This document shows, piece after piece, positions 10,177-19,137 of a stretch of 53,337 bases of DNA. The stretch spans positions 1 to 53,337 of the forward strand of contig JALGWN010000003.1 in the NCBI GenBank assembly GCA_025774115.1. Reading direction: 5' to 3'. Under the pieces are notes generated by a model. That model was not told where the DNA came from. It did no database searches and worked only from the letters and a program-made list of their open reading frames with translations. Within the stretch, counting starts at the first letter, position 1, and each line of letters begins with the position of its first letter. This DNA comes from a bacterium (GTDB lineage: Bacteria; Arandabacterota; Arandabacteria; Arandabacterales; Arandabacteraceae). A program made the translations under genes and the position numbers.

Positions 10177-11138
10177 CAGCCGAGGTCCCACTTCCCGCAG
10201 CGGCTGCCCCACCGGGACAAGAGCGTATCCCGGTCGAATATCTCCACGATCTCGCACAGGTTGGAACATCCGTCACATTCGAAGCCCCTTGTTGAGAGCT
10301 CGCCGGGATGTACGCGGAAGCCGCGGAACTTGCTCGGGCCTTCCGGTTCCCGCTGCCGGGCGGCTATCATGGCAACCCCGATTGCGCCCATCACATCATG
10401 GAATCTGGGGACCAGCACCTCGCACCCGAGCCGGCGCATGAAAGCCCGGCGGACCGCCTTGTTCGAGGCCACTCCCCCCTGGAACACGATGGGTGGATCG
10501 ATCGGCCGCCCCGCGGCAACACCCGTGAGAAAGTTTCTGGCCAGTGCCTCGCAGAGGCCTCGTGCGACGGCCCCTCGGTCGGCACCACGCTGTTGCTTCT
10601 CTATGATATCGGTCTCGGCAAACACCGCGCACCGGCCCGATATCGTAACACTCTCGTCGGCTTGTGCGGCCAGGTCCGCAAACTCATCGATCGTCATACC
10701 CATCCTTCCGGCCTGGTAGTCCAGGAACGTACCGGTTCCCGCCGCGCATATCGTATTCATGGCGAAGTCACTCACCATACCATCTCTTACCACTATCACT
10801 TTCGAATCCTGGCCTCCGATCTCTATGATGGTCCTTGCGGCCGGGAAGTAGTGGAGAGCCCCGGTGGCGTGGGCCGTTATCTCGTTCTTGACGACATCCG
10901 CCCCCACCAGGGCCGCGGCAAGCCGCCGTCCGCTCCCTGTGGTCCCGCAGGCTATGATGTCCAGCCCCCCGCAGCCCTCGCCGGCGATCTGCATGATCGA
11001 CCTCACGGAAGATATGGGCCGGCCGCCGGTCCGTACATAGCGGTGAAAGACAACTTCGAGATCGATATCGAGCACAGCCAGGTTGGTGCTGACCGCGCCG
11101 ACATCAAGGCCAAGAAAACCCTTCATGGAATCACTCAC
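10176..11138 (-). CDS. BadF/BadG/BcrA/BcrD-family ATPase (HgdC-type CoA-enzyme activase), orphan
   Basis: ASKHA motifs LGLDVGAVSTN and IIEIGGQDSK. The two cluster-ligand contexts typical of activases are present (NTICAAGTGTFLD and GRCAVFAETD). C-terminal CDGCSNLCEIVEI extension. Confidence 0.75.
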   Translation of the reverse strand: MSDSMKGFLGLDVGAVSTNLAVLDIDLEVVFHRYVRTGGRPISSVRSIMQIAGEGCGGLDIIACGTTGSGRRLAAALVGADVVKNEITAHATGALHYFPAARTIIEIGGQDSKVIVVRDGMVSDFAMNTICAAGTGTFLDYQAGRMGMTIDEFADLAAQADESVTISGRCAVFAETDIIEKQQRGADRGAVARGLCEALARNFLTGVAAGRPIDPPIVFQGGVASNKAVRRAFMRRLGCEVLVPRFHDVMGAIGVAMIAARQREPEGPSKFRGFRVHPGELSTRGFECDGCSNLCEIVEIFDRDTLLSRWGSRCGKWDLG

Positions 11139-11198
11139 CCTACCCTCTTAAGGATACTAACGAGCACTGGAAGGGGTGTCAATGCCGGCGGAGTGGGG

Positions 11199-12074
11199 TC
11201 AGACCTTACCCAGCAAAGCAGCCATCTTGCCTATATGAGCAGGGGTGGTACCACAGCAGCCTCCGACACCTCTCACGCCGGTGCCCAGCAGGGCTTCGAG
11301 TCCCTCGCCCATACTCTCCGGCGTCTCCGGATAGACCACGCCCACCGGGCCGACCTCAGGAAGACCTGCGTTGGGCTGGGCAAGCGTGGGAACGGTTGAA
11401 GCAGGCACCATGGCTTTCATTATGTCGGTGGCTTCGGCCATACCGCCCACACAGTTTATACCGACGATCTGCGCCCCGGCGTCCACCAGGCCCAATGCGG
11501 CCTCTTCCGGAGATGTCCCCATCACGGTTCTATAACCCTTCGCACCCTTGGCAAACGCCATGGTCGCGGCCAGGGGCCTCTTCGAGACCTCTCTGGCGGC
11601 CTCGATCGCCAGGCGCGCCTCATTGATGTCGGTCATGGTTTCAACCAACAGGAAGTCCACACCGACCTCATCAAGGGCCTTGACGGCTGCACGGAAGGCG
11701 GCCTTTACCTCATCCGCCGGAGTGTCGCCGTAGGGCTCGAGCAAGACCCCTGTCGGTCCCACCGACCCGGCCACCATGCGTGTCTGCCCCGCAGCCCGCC
11801 GGGCGAGTTCCACCCCCCGCTCGACCACGTCCCCGAGCTTGGATTCCAAGCCCAACCTGGCGAGCTTGATTGGGTTCGCACCGAAGGTATTGGCAGTCAC
11901 GAAGTCGCACCCGGCATCGAGGTATGCTCTGTGGATGCCCTCTACGATCTCGGGATGGTCGAGATTCCATGCTTCCGGACAGTCCCCCATCTTGAGGCCT
12001 TTGATCTGAAGCATGGTGCCCATCGCACCATCGCCGAGCACGGGTCCGAGCTGAATCAGTTCTATGATATCCAT
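11199..12074 (-). CDS. homocysteine S-methyltransferase-domain protein (Zn-dependent thiol methyltransferase, MetH N-terminal-like)
   Basis: DAGCDFVTANTFGAN, VGINCVGG and GVGGCCGTTPAHI (Zn-ligand Cys contexts). Start set to ATG 12074..12072, with GGGAG 5 nt upstream, just after the corrinoid-protein stop. Confidence 0.75.
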   Translation of the reverse strand: MDIIELIQLGPVLGDGAMGTMLQIKGLKMGDCPEAWNLDHPEIVEGIHRAYLDAGCDFVTANTFGANPIKLARLGLESKLGDVVERGVELARRAAGQTRMVAGSVGPTGVLLEPYGDTPADEVKAAFRAAVKALDEVGVDFLLVETMTDINEARLAIEAAREVSKRPLAATMAFAKGAKGYRTVMGTSPEEAALGLVDAGAQIVGINCVGGMAEATDIMKAMVPASTVPTLAQPNAGLPEVGPVGVVYPETPESMGEGLEALLGTGVRGVGGCCGTTPAHIGKMAALLGKV

Positions 12075-12075
12075 G

Positions 12076-12711
12076 CTAGCTCCCGACAAAACCCTTGGCT
12101 ATATCGACGGCTGTCGCGGCATCGTCACCGTAGCCGTCGGCGCCTATCCGGTCTGCGAAATTCCGCGTCACCGGAGCTCCGCCTATCATGGTCCGGATCT
12201 TGCTGTCCGGGTCCTTCTGCTTCAGGAGCTCCACCGTATCCTTCATTGTGTGCATGGTCGTGGTAAGAAGCGCCGACATGCCTATCACAGTTGCCCCATG
12301 CTCGATAGCTGCCTCGACAAACTTCTCCGCCGGCACGTCGTTGCCGAGATCGACTATCTCGAAACCGGCTCCCTCGAGCATCATGGCCATGAGGTTCTTG
12401 CCGATATCATGAAGGTCGCCGCGAACCGTTCCCACAACCACCTTGCCCCTGGGCTGGATACCGCCCTTCACCAGATGGGGCTTCAGGATCTGCATCGCAT
12501 TCTGCATGCTCTTGGCGGCAAGCAGCACTTCGGGGACGTAGATCTCGTTAACCTTGAATAGCTCGCCGACCTTGTCCATGCCGGCGATAAGGGCCTCATT
12601 CAGTATCTCTTTGGGTTCGAGCCCAGCTTCAAGCGCCTGCTCGGCAAGTCCCTTGGCCTGCGCCATCTCACCTGCGATGATTGCATCTTTGAGCGCGGCA
12701 ATGCGATCCAT
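12076..12711 (-). CDS. cobalamin-binding (corrinoid) protein, MtaC/MetH B12-domain type
   Basis: B12-binding cap helix bundle plus Rossmann domain, with the DxHxxG signature GDLHDIGKNL and MSALLTTT. Confidence 0.85.
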   Translation of the reverse strand: MDRIAALKDAIIAGEMAQAKGLAEQALEAGLEPKEILNEALIAGMDKVGELFKVNEIYVPEVLLAAKSMQNAMQILKPHLVKGGIQPRGKVVVGTVRGDLHDIGKNLMAMMLEGAGFEIVDLGNDVPAEKFVEAAIEHGATVIGMSALLTTTMHTMKDTVELLKQKDPDSKIRTMIGGAPVTRNFADRIGADGYGDDAATAVDIAKGFVGS

Positions 12712-12721
12712 TGTATCCTCC

Positions 12722-14149
12722 CTATTCCGGCTTCCAGAAGTTGAAACAGACCAGTTTCTCCTCGGTCATCTCGGCGACGGCGTACTTGAGGCCCTCCCGG
12801 CCGATACCGCTGTCCTTAACGCCCCCGTAAGGCATCTGGTCCACCCTGTAAGTTGGGAAATCGTTTATGATAACTCCGCCCACATCGAGCATCTCGGCTG
12901 CCCTGAAGGCTTCGCTCACCGAATTGGTGAAGACACCTGCCTGCAATCCGTAACGGGAATCATTGATCATGGCAAGCGCTTCTTCGAAAGTATCGTAGGG
13001 GTTAAGGCAGACCACCGGGCCGAATGCCTCCTCCTGCCAGACCTTGGCGTCTCGGGGAACGCCGGTCATGACTGTGGGAAGACAGACGCTTCCCTCCCGC
13101 GCACCTCCCGTTTGGACCATAGCCCCCTTGGCTGCCGCCTCCTTGACCCATGCCTCGAGCCGCTCGGCATCGGCCACCGATACCATCGGCCCCATGTCGG
13201 ATGCTTCATCGAGCTGATCACCCACCGTGAGGCCCTTGGAAAGACGTACCACATGGGCGACCACATCTTCGAAAACCGAGCGCGCCACCGCGACCCGCTG
13301 GACCGATATGCATACCTGCCCGGCCAGAGCGAAGGCCCCCAGGACGATCCGCTTGCACGCGAAATCGAGATCGCCCGATTCGGTGACTATGACCCCGGAG
13401 TTGGAACCCAGCTCCATGCCGATCTTCTTGAACCCGGCTTGTGCGGCGATTCGCTTTCCGACCTCGACACTGCCCGTGAAGGTCACCATCCGGGGCCTGG
13501 GGTCTCCGACGAGAGCCATGCCCACGGTGCTGCCCGGTCCGCAAAGCACACTCAGCGCCTCGGGCGGGAAGCCGGCGTCAAGGACGATCTCACCCAGGAT
13601 GAGACCCGACACCGGGGTCTGGCTCGCGGGTTTCACGATGACCGGGTTACCGGCAGCCATGGCCGGGGCTACTTTGTGCGCAGCCAGGTTCAAGGGGAAG
13701 TTAAAGGGAGTGATGGCTATCACCGTGCCTATGGGTACGCGCATGGTGAAGCCGCGCCTTTGCGTGCCTCCCGGCACGGCATCGAAGGGGACGATCTCAC
13801 CTGCAAGCCGCTTCGCCTCCTCAGCCGCGAACGCGAAGGTGGTGGCGGTACGCGCGACCTCCCCTCTCGCCTCTCTCAGGGTCTTGCCAACCTCCATAGA
13901 GAGAACGCGGGCGATTTCCTCGCTGCGGGAGACAAGCCTCTCGGAAACCCCCCGCAGGATGGTTGCGCGCTCATGTCTGGTAAGCGAAGCCACCTTTGGT
14001 CTCGCCTCTTCGGCGCCGGCGAGAGCGGCCTCGATCTGATCGGCAGTGGCGGATGCGACCTCTTCGACCAACGATCCATCATACGGATTCAATACCTTGA
14101 AGGAGGCCTCTCCGGCGGCCGGCCGGCCTGCCACTATGTTCTTACGCAT
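12722..14149 (-). CDS. NAD(P)-dependent aldehyde dehydrogenase
   Basis: 475 aa. KPASQTP, FTGSVEVGKRI, catalytic contexts MELGSNSG and AGQVCISVQR. Confidence 0.9.
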   Translation of the reverse strand: MRKNIVAGRPAAGEASFKVLNPYDGSLVEEVASATADQIEAALAGAEEARPKVASLTRHERATILRGVSERLVSRSEEIARVLSMEVGKTLREARGEVARTATTFAFAAEEAKRLAGEIVPFDAVPGGTQRRGFTMRVPIGTVIAITPFNFPLNLAAHKVAPAMAAGNPVIVKPASQTPVSGLILGEIVLDAGFPPEALSVLCGPGSTVGMALVGDPRPRMVTFTGSVEVGKRIAAQAGFKKIGMELGSNSGVIVTESGDLDFACKRIVLGAFALAGQVCISVQRVAVARSVFEDVVAHVVRLSKGLTVGDQLDEASDMGPMVSVADAERLEAWVKEAAAKGAMVQTGGAREGSVCLPTVMTGVPRDAKVWQEEAFGPVVCLNPYDTFEEALAMINDSRYGLQAGVFTNSVSEAFRAAEMLDVGGVIINDFPTYRVDQMPYGGVKDSGIGREGLKYAVAEMTEEKLVCFNFWKPE

Positions 14150-15179
14150 TGACTGCTGCCTTTTCTGCTTCTAGCCCAGCCGGCTCAGAAATTGCGCTGG
14201 GCTTCCGGCGGTCCATACCGAGGGCGACGCGCATGACCCGTTTGTACTCGTATATCGCTCCCAATCTCACATCCCCGCTTACCTCGGAGAATGAAAAATC
14301 GGCTTCCTCCTCATCCAGACCCTCGAATTTGAAGTCGGTATCCACCGCGAAGATCACGTCGCCCGCTATCGCGGCGACCGGCAGTCTGTAAGAGGTCCCG
14401 ATCTTGAGGGTGGGATTGATGGTCTCAGTGGTGCTCACCTTGTATTTGCCGTCGGGTGAGTCGGCATCGTAGTACCAGCCGTCCCAGTAAAGGGGTGTCG
14501 TGGTGACGTCCTGCAGTGTGACCCCCACATTCCAGTTGGGCATCACGGTGTGGAGGAGCCCTGCATCCAGACCGAAGCCCAGAGCGGAAATCTCCGCAAG
14601 CTCCTTCCAGATCAGCTTGGCATTGAAACCCAGGGCCGTGCTTTCGGAGATTCTCCTGGAATACGACAGAAACCCGGCGATCTCATGATCGCTTTCCCAG
14701 CGGACCCGATCCGGATCCCAGAGCCTTCGCTCACCCGGATCCCACTTGCCGTTTGGCTGACCGGTGTCGGGGTCGCGTTCATCTATGAAATCGACACCGG
14801 GAGTGTTGAGGTGGGATGTGAGTGCTATGTCGCTCACGCGCAGCCACACAAGACCTATGGCACCCGCCGCCTCCGCGCCGGTCTCCCGCGAAAGAGGCAT
14901 CGCGAGGCTGAAGGTGCTGTAGTCCACCAGTCCCCCGAAGCGCTGAGAATGCATGACCAGAGCCTGCCGCCGGTCCAGCTGGTAGAGGCCGGCCGGGTTC
15001 CAGTAAACGGCACTGGCATCATCCGCAATGGATACAAAGGCACCACCCATACCCAGGGCCTTGGCCCCAAATCCGGTGGCAAGAAACTCACCCGCCAGTT
15101 TGGTTGCGCTGGAAGAGGCAACCAGAATCACCACAAGCACTGCCGTCATGCAAACGATCTTCAGATTACGGTAAGACAT
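14142..15179 (-). CDS. outer-membrane beta-barrel protein, PorV/PorQ-like
   Basis: Signal peptide (MSYRNLKIVCMTAVLVVILVASSSA), then GFGAKALGMGGAFVSIADDASAVYWNPAGL and alternating beta-strand-like sequence. Start set to ATG 15179 (AGGGGG SD upstream). Confidence 0.55.
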   Translation of the reverse strand: MSYRNLKIVCMTAVLVVILVASSSATKLAGEFLATGFGAKALGMGGAFVSIADDASAVYWNPAGLYQLDRRQALVMHSQRFGGLVDYSTFSLAMPLSRETGAEAAGAIGLVWLRVSDIALTSHLNTPGVDFIDERDPDTGQPNGKWDPGERRLWDPDRVRWESDHEIAGFLSYSRRISESTALGFNAKLIWKELAEISALGFGLDAGLLHTVMPNWNVGVTLQDVTTTPLYWDGWYYDADSPDGKYKVSTTETINPTLKIGTSYRLPVAAIAGDVIFAVDTDFKFEGLDEEEADFSFSEVSGDVRLGAIYEYKRVMRVALGMDRRKPSAISEPAGLEAEKAAVNA

Positions 15180-15222
15180 ATTTCCCCCTTTGCCGGCGAC
15201 CGCAAATCGACCCAGCATCACC

Positions 15223-16869
15223 CTATCGCCTCCCCACCGATGCTGAAACCACGTTGTTCCTCAACAGATACAGGGGTAAACGGCCGGAGGCCAGAAGGCT
15301 ATCGTGAAAAGCTCTCAGACTGAAATTCTCGCCTAAGATCCTGTTCACCTCATCTCTGATTTGGCGTATCTGCCTTTCACCGATAATATAACTTATCGGG
15401 TGTTCGGGTTCCAGAGCGTATTGCACAGCCAGTTGGCGGGCGTGGGCTTGGGATACTCCTGTCTCCTTTACCATGAAATCCGCCGCCGCTTCAAGCGTGA
15501 ACTCCCCTAGAAAGATGTTTACGGCCGCTATCGTTCCGGCCGCATAGAACCTCTTTCGCTCAAGCGCATCACGGATCGCCCGCTCTCCACCGAAACCCTC
15601 CCCTGCCATCAGCAGCTGTGAATAGAGCGCCCATCCGTTGGTCGTGAAGATATCGGCGTGCATTCTACGGACGGGTGACGGGCTCGTCGCTGCGAACAAG
15701 GCTTGCATGTGGCGCCCCGGAATCGCCTCGGAGGCGACCAGGCCGCTCAGGGTGGCTCCGGGCTCGGCAACTTCGGGCGATACATAGAGTGGAGCGGTAT
15801 GCCCCGCTTCGGCATCCGACCCGGGCTCGAGATAGAGCATATCACCATACAACGGCCCGGCGAAATCCGGCAGTCCCAGGAACATCAAGTCCGGTGCAGC
15901 CCCGGAAGGTCTCAGAGGAAGGCTCGCGAATCCACTCTGCCGGATAAAATCCCGGGCCGACCCCAGCTGGGCTTCGAGGTCTCGAGTCCCCACGGCGGCC
16001 GCCGGGCCCGGATCATCGGACACGCTGTCCATCGGATACGCTCCCAACTCCTCGTTCACCCCATCGAGAACGCGCCCTGCATAGGCCCGTATGTCTTCCG
16101 GCATATCGCTTATCATGTTTCGTGTATCCGAGAGTATCAGGAAGTCATCATAGGTGAGCGCAAACTCGGTACCCGCCGATAGCGAGAGCGAGTCTATAAA
16201 AGCTCCGAAGCCCTCAAGGGCAGCGATCGACCCCTGAAGCAGTCCCGGGTCGATCTCCGGCGGGGGCGCCTGTCGAGGCAGACTCTCGAGCATGTCTATC
16301 AACGCCTTGAGCCGCTCGGAAGCCACACGGCAGTGCAACTCGCCGGGATTGGTGAGGTTTCTCCTGGCGTGCTTCACCACATCGGGGATCATACGCAACC
16401 TGGGGGCGAGGTCTGCGGCAGCAACCCGGCTGCCGCGCAGTAGGTAGAGGAATGCTATACCGTCCACGCAGGCATCGACATAGAGGGTCGGCCGGCTCCG
16501 CCACAACTCCAGGTCTTCGAGCAGGAAACGCTGGGTGGCCATGTCCGCCAGCAAGGCCTTGTACTCGGTCCACTTGCCCATGCTCAGGCTGTCCTCGTCC
16601 AGCGTGGAGAGTTGGCTGCCCAGATTGCGTATCCGGCCCAGAAGCCCGAAAACGCTTCTCTGGGAATAGGTGGACAACTTGCCGTCATGACCCGGGACGC
16701 CTTTGAGCGTGGCCAAGGCGGGATAGCACTTCATCTTGGCCTCATAATACTCCGCGGCCATGGAATCTACTGTGGCTTCAGCCACATGGGGCGGAAAGGG
16801 GAATTTCTGGTCCCCCTTCCAACCGATCTGGGCCAGGAGCAGCAAGAGTAGAAGTGTCGGGACCCTCAA
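15223..16869 (-). CDS. DUF885-family protein (secreted)
   Basis: TTG start with AAGGAGG SD. N-terminal signal-like LLLLLLAQ. DUF885-like block SEAIPGRHMQ...TNGWALYSQ, with the first His of the usual HExxPGHH being Ser here. Confidence 0.6.
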   Translation of the reverse strand: MRVPTLLLLLLLAQIGWKGDQKFPFPPHVAEATVDSMAAEYYEAKMKCYPALATLKGVPGHDGKLSTYSQRSVFGLLGRIRNLGSQLSTLDEDSLSMGKWTEYKALLADMATQRFLLEDLELWRSRPTLYVDACVDGIAFLYLLRGSRVAAADLAPRLRMIPDVVKHARRNLTNPGELHCRVASERLKALIDMLESLPRQAPPPEIDPGLLQGSIAALEGFGAFIDSLSLSAGTEFALTYDDFLILSDTRNMISDMPEDIRAYAGRVLDGVNEELGAYPMDSVSDDPGPAAAVGTRDLEAQLGSARDFIRQSGFASLPLRPSGAAPDLMFLGLPDFAGPLYGDMLYLEPGSDAEAGHTAPLYVSPEVAEPGATLSGLVASEAIPGRHMQALFAATSPSPVRRMHADIFTTNGWALYSQLLMAGEGFGGERAIRDALERKRFYAAGTIAAVNIFLGEFTLEAAADFMVKETGVSQAHARQLAVQYALEPEHPISYIIGERQIRQIRDEVNRILGENFSLRAFHDSLLASGRLPLYLLRNNVVSASVGRR

Positions 16870-16901
16870 AACGCCTCCTTATGACGCAGGTAACAATGGT
16901 A

Positions 16902-16930
16902 AGAATATGCGGGCGCCACCGGGGTGTCAA
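16902..16930 (-). promoter_or_regulatory. sigma70-type promoter proximal to the DUF885 gene
   Basis: Minus strand: TTGACA (16930..16925), 17 nt, TATTCT (16907..16902), about 30 nt upstream of the TTG start at 16869. Confidence 0.4.
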
Positions 16931-17129
16931 GCCGGATCGTCTTGCCGGTAGGGGGTCTGCATGCGAGCGGTGTGAATGCTTCCTGGCGGGAGACACGGTC
17001 GGGCGCGTGTGGCACCGGCTCCGAAGTCCGTGCGGTGAGCGTTATGTGGGCTGTAACAACGCTCTCCCGCGCAGGAAGCGAAAGGGTTCTTCTTAGCCCC
17101 CGCACTTCAACCTCGCCCCGACTATGCTT

Positions 17130-17158
17130 ATTGTATCGCGAATGAGGTCCGAAGTCAA
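17130..17158 (-). promoter_or_regulatory. strong sigma70-type promoter with no adjacent ORF
   Basis: Minus strand: TTGACT (17158..17153), 17 nt, TACAAT (17135..17130). About 250 nt upstream of the DUF885 start and about 85 nt downstream of the tRNA-Leu 3' end. Confidence 0.4.
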
Positions 17159-17242
17159 GTTCAAACACCAGGTCGGAAACAGATTTTTCTACCGATCATG
17201 TAAAGAATTAGGCCGTCTTGCTAAGAGTTTACTTTAGCGATG

Positions 17243-17328
17243 TGCCGAGGGTCGGAGTCGAACCGACACGGACCTTGCGATCCAGGGGATTTTAAGTCCC
17301 CTGCGTCTACCAGTTCCGCCACCCCGGC
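17243..17328 (-). tRNA. tRNA-Leu (anticodon TAA), long variable arm, no encoded CCA
   Basis: Reverse complement folds by hand as GCCGGGG / D arm / GGGGA-CTTAAAA-TCCCC / long variable arm / GTCGG-TTCGACT-CCGAC / CCTCGGC-A. Confidence 0.92.
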
Positions 17329-17444
17329 ACCCGGCCAATTGTATTAGGTCGGCCGGCCCAAGGCAAGCCAAACTTACCCCACCTCCGTAGCGTGGAATTA
17401 AGGAAGCGCGCGACCTGAGCCAGGATCGGGACAGAGTGCCGACG

Positions 17445-18950
17445 TTACGACGAGCGTTTGCGCTTCAGTCTGAGCAAGGCGGCGAGCTCCCCTCCTATGC
17501 GCTCGCGGTCGCGCCGGTCGATGATCCAGTCGGTCACAAGGCTTGCCACCACCACACCACCGAGAATGACTGCTGCCGGGATCTTCGGGAGAAGCAGTAG
17601 AAAGGGGAAAAGCGATGCCACAAGCGTTTTGCGCCTCAATGGCATGCCGAGACGGACACAGATCCCCACAACCACGAACCAGAGCATGGCATAGGAAAGC
17701 ATCGTGGCCAGGCCGGCCCCCACTATGCCAAGCCGGGGTATGAGGAGCAGATTGAGCCCGATATTCACCGGAAGGGCGATCGCCAGCCCTACTGTGGAGA
17801 CATATGTTTTCTCTACGAGGCTGGCGAAGACTCCGAATAACCAGACGGACACCGTCATGAGATAGAATACCACGAGATAAGGCAATACATCGGCTGCGCT
17901 CGAGTATTCGGCTCCCAGGAGTGAGAGGATGAGCGGCCTTCCCAGAAGCACCAGCACGAAGCCGGTCACAGCAAGGCCCACTGCAGTCACTCTTATGGTG
18001 AGATCCAGGTTGTCGAGGGCCCGGTCCCTCCTTCCCTCTTCCCATGTTGTGCTCAGGTGGGGGAAGACGACGTTATTGACGGCCAGCCCAACCGCCGAGA
18101 TCGTAGCGCATAGGTTTACGGCAGCCGAGTAGATGCCCTGGTCCGAGGCGGTCATTAGACGCTGAAGACTGAGACGATCGACGTAGTGGAAAATCTGGAC
18201 CAGGATGGGTGTAACGGTAAACCAGATCGTAAAGCGGAGGAGTTTCCTGTAAAACTCCCGCTCTTCAAAAGGCTTGCCTCCGGGGTCTTCAACTTGCAGG
18301 TATCGGATCAAGAGCGGCAGGAACAGACCGACAGCAACAAGCATCGAGAGGGCATAGGCAAGGAGTGCCCCTGCCGCCGATCCCGAGATAACCGCCAACG
18401 CCGTGCCGAGGCCCGCGAATATAACGACCTGGCTGAACTGAACAGCGGCCCCTGCGCGGAAGAGTTTGAGACCTGAAAAGGTGGTGAAGAGGTTGGTCAG
18501 GATCACAAGCCCGGGTATGCATACGGCCGCGACCATCATGACCCTGTCGAAGGAGGCGTCACCATAGATGAGACGGGAGAAGAAGGACGGAAACAGGAGT
18601 ATGATGACGGCCGCCGCCACCGAGATCGAGATATTGAGGACATAGGATTTTCTGAAGAAAAACTTCAGACCGCCTTTTGCCCGGTACCGTGGTGCGAAGC
18701 GCCCGAACGCCGAAGGGATGCCGAGGCTGGTAATCGCTACCGTTATGAGCACGAAGAAAAAACCCAGGGTATAGATGCCGTATTCCGCCGAACCCAGGAT
18801 TCGGGCGAATACTATGCCACGGGCGAAGGCAACAACCTTCTGGCCGATGAGAAAACCCAGAACCAGGCCTACCGATGTTGATATCCTGTCCTGCCTCAAG
18901 AGTTTCTCCATGCCTCTCCCCGGTCGAGTTTGACTGTGTGCCGGCTTCAT
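17445..18950 (-). CDS. polysaccharide flippase (Wzx / MOP superfamily)
   Basis: 501 aa with about 12-14 hydrophobic helices along the whole length. Typical oligosaccharide-flippase composition and EPS context. The true start may be the internal MEKLL (18911). Confidence 0.75.
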   Translation of the reverse strand: MKPAHSQTRPGRGMEKLLRQDRISTSVGLVLGFLIGQKVVAFARGIVFARILGSAEYGIYTLGFFFVLITVAITSLGIPSAFGRFAPRYRAKGGLKFFFRKSYVLNISISVAAAVIILLFPSFFSRLIYGDASFDRVMMVAAVCIPGLVILTNLFTTFSGLKLFRAGAAVQFSQVVIFAGLGTALAVISGSAAGALLAYALSMLVAVGLFLPLLIRYLQVEDPGGKPFEEREFYRKLLRFTIWFTVTPILVQIFHYVDRLSLQRLMTASDQGIYSAAVNLCATISAVGLAVNNVVFPHLSTTWEEGRRDRALDNLDLTIRVTAVGLAVTGFVLVLLGRPLILSLLGAEYSSAADVLPYLVVFYLMTVSVWLFGVFASLVEKTYVSTVGLAIALPVNIGLNLLLIPRLGIVGAGLATMLSYAMLWFVVVGICVRLGMPLRRKTLVASLFPFLLLLPKIPAAVILGGVVVASLVTDWIIDRRDRERIGGELAALLRLKRKRSS

Positions 18951-19083
18951 CCGGGATCCCCGAAAGTTGCGCCTATTCTATTCCGGCGGTCTCCGCCGTG
19001 TCAACACCTCCCTCCACAAGCATGGGGGGAGAGCAACCGCACGGACCTTGATACGGTGGGGCCAAGCCTTGCGTCAACCTCGG

Positions 19084-19112
19084 TTGACGCCTGCCCGTGC
19101 TCATGGTAGAAT
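19084..19112 (+). promoter_or_regulatory. sigma70-type promoter of the CapK-like operon, with the -35 inside a palindrome
   Basis: TTGACG (19084..19089), 17 nt, TAGAAT (19107..19112). The -35 is one arm of GCGTCAACC-tc-GGTTGACGC (19071..19090). Confidence 0.5.
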
Positions 19113-19137
19113 GCGTCGACTAAAGTACGGAGGTTGC

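Noticed and set aside
16931-17125. TPP riboswitch (GGGGGCTAAGA...ACCCTTTCGCTTCCTG...GCGCGGGAG) or SRP/6S RNA in the tRNA-Leu/DUF885 spacer.
   Set aside because: CTGAGA is mutated, the pyrophosphate-sensor hairpin is missing, there is no SRP domain IV GGAA/AGCA loop, and the 5' and 3' ends do not form a 6S-like closing stem.
18967-19137. N-terminal 57-aa extension of the CapK-like ORF (TTG start at 18967).
   Set aside because: It would run through the TTGACG-17-TAGAAT promoter. The extension is Arg-rich and motif-free. ATG 19138 has a GGAGG SD and begins the conserved N-terminus.
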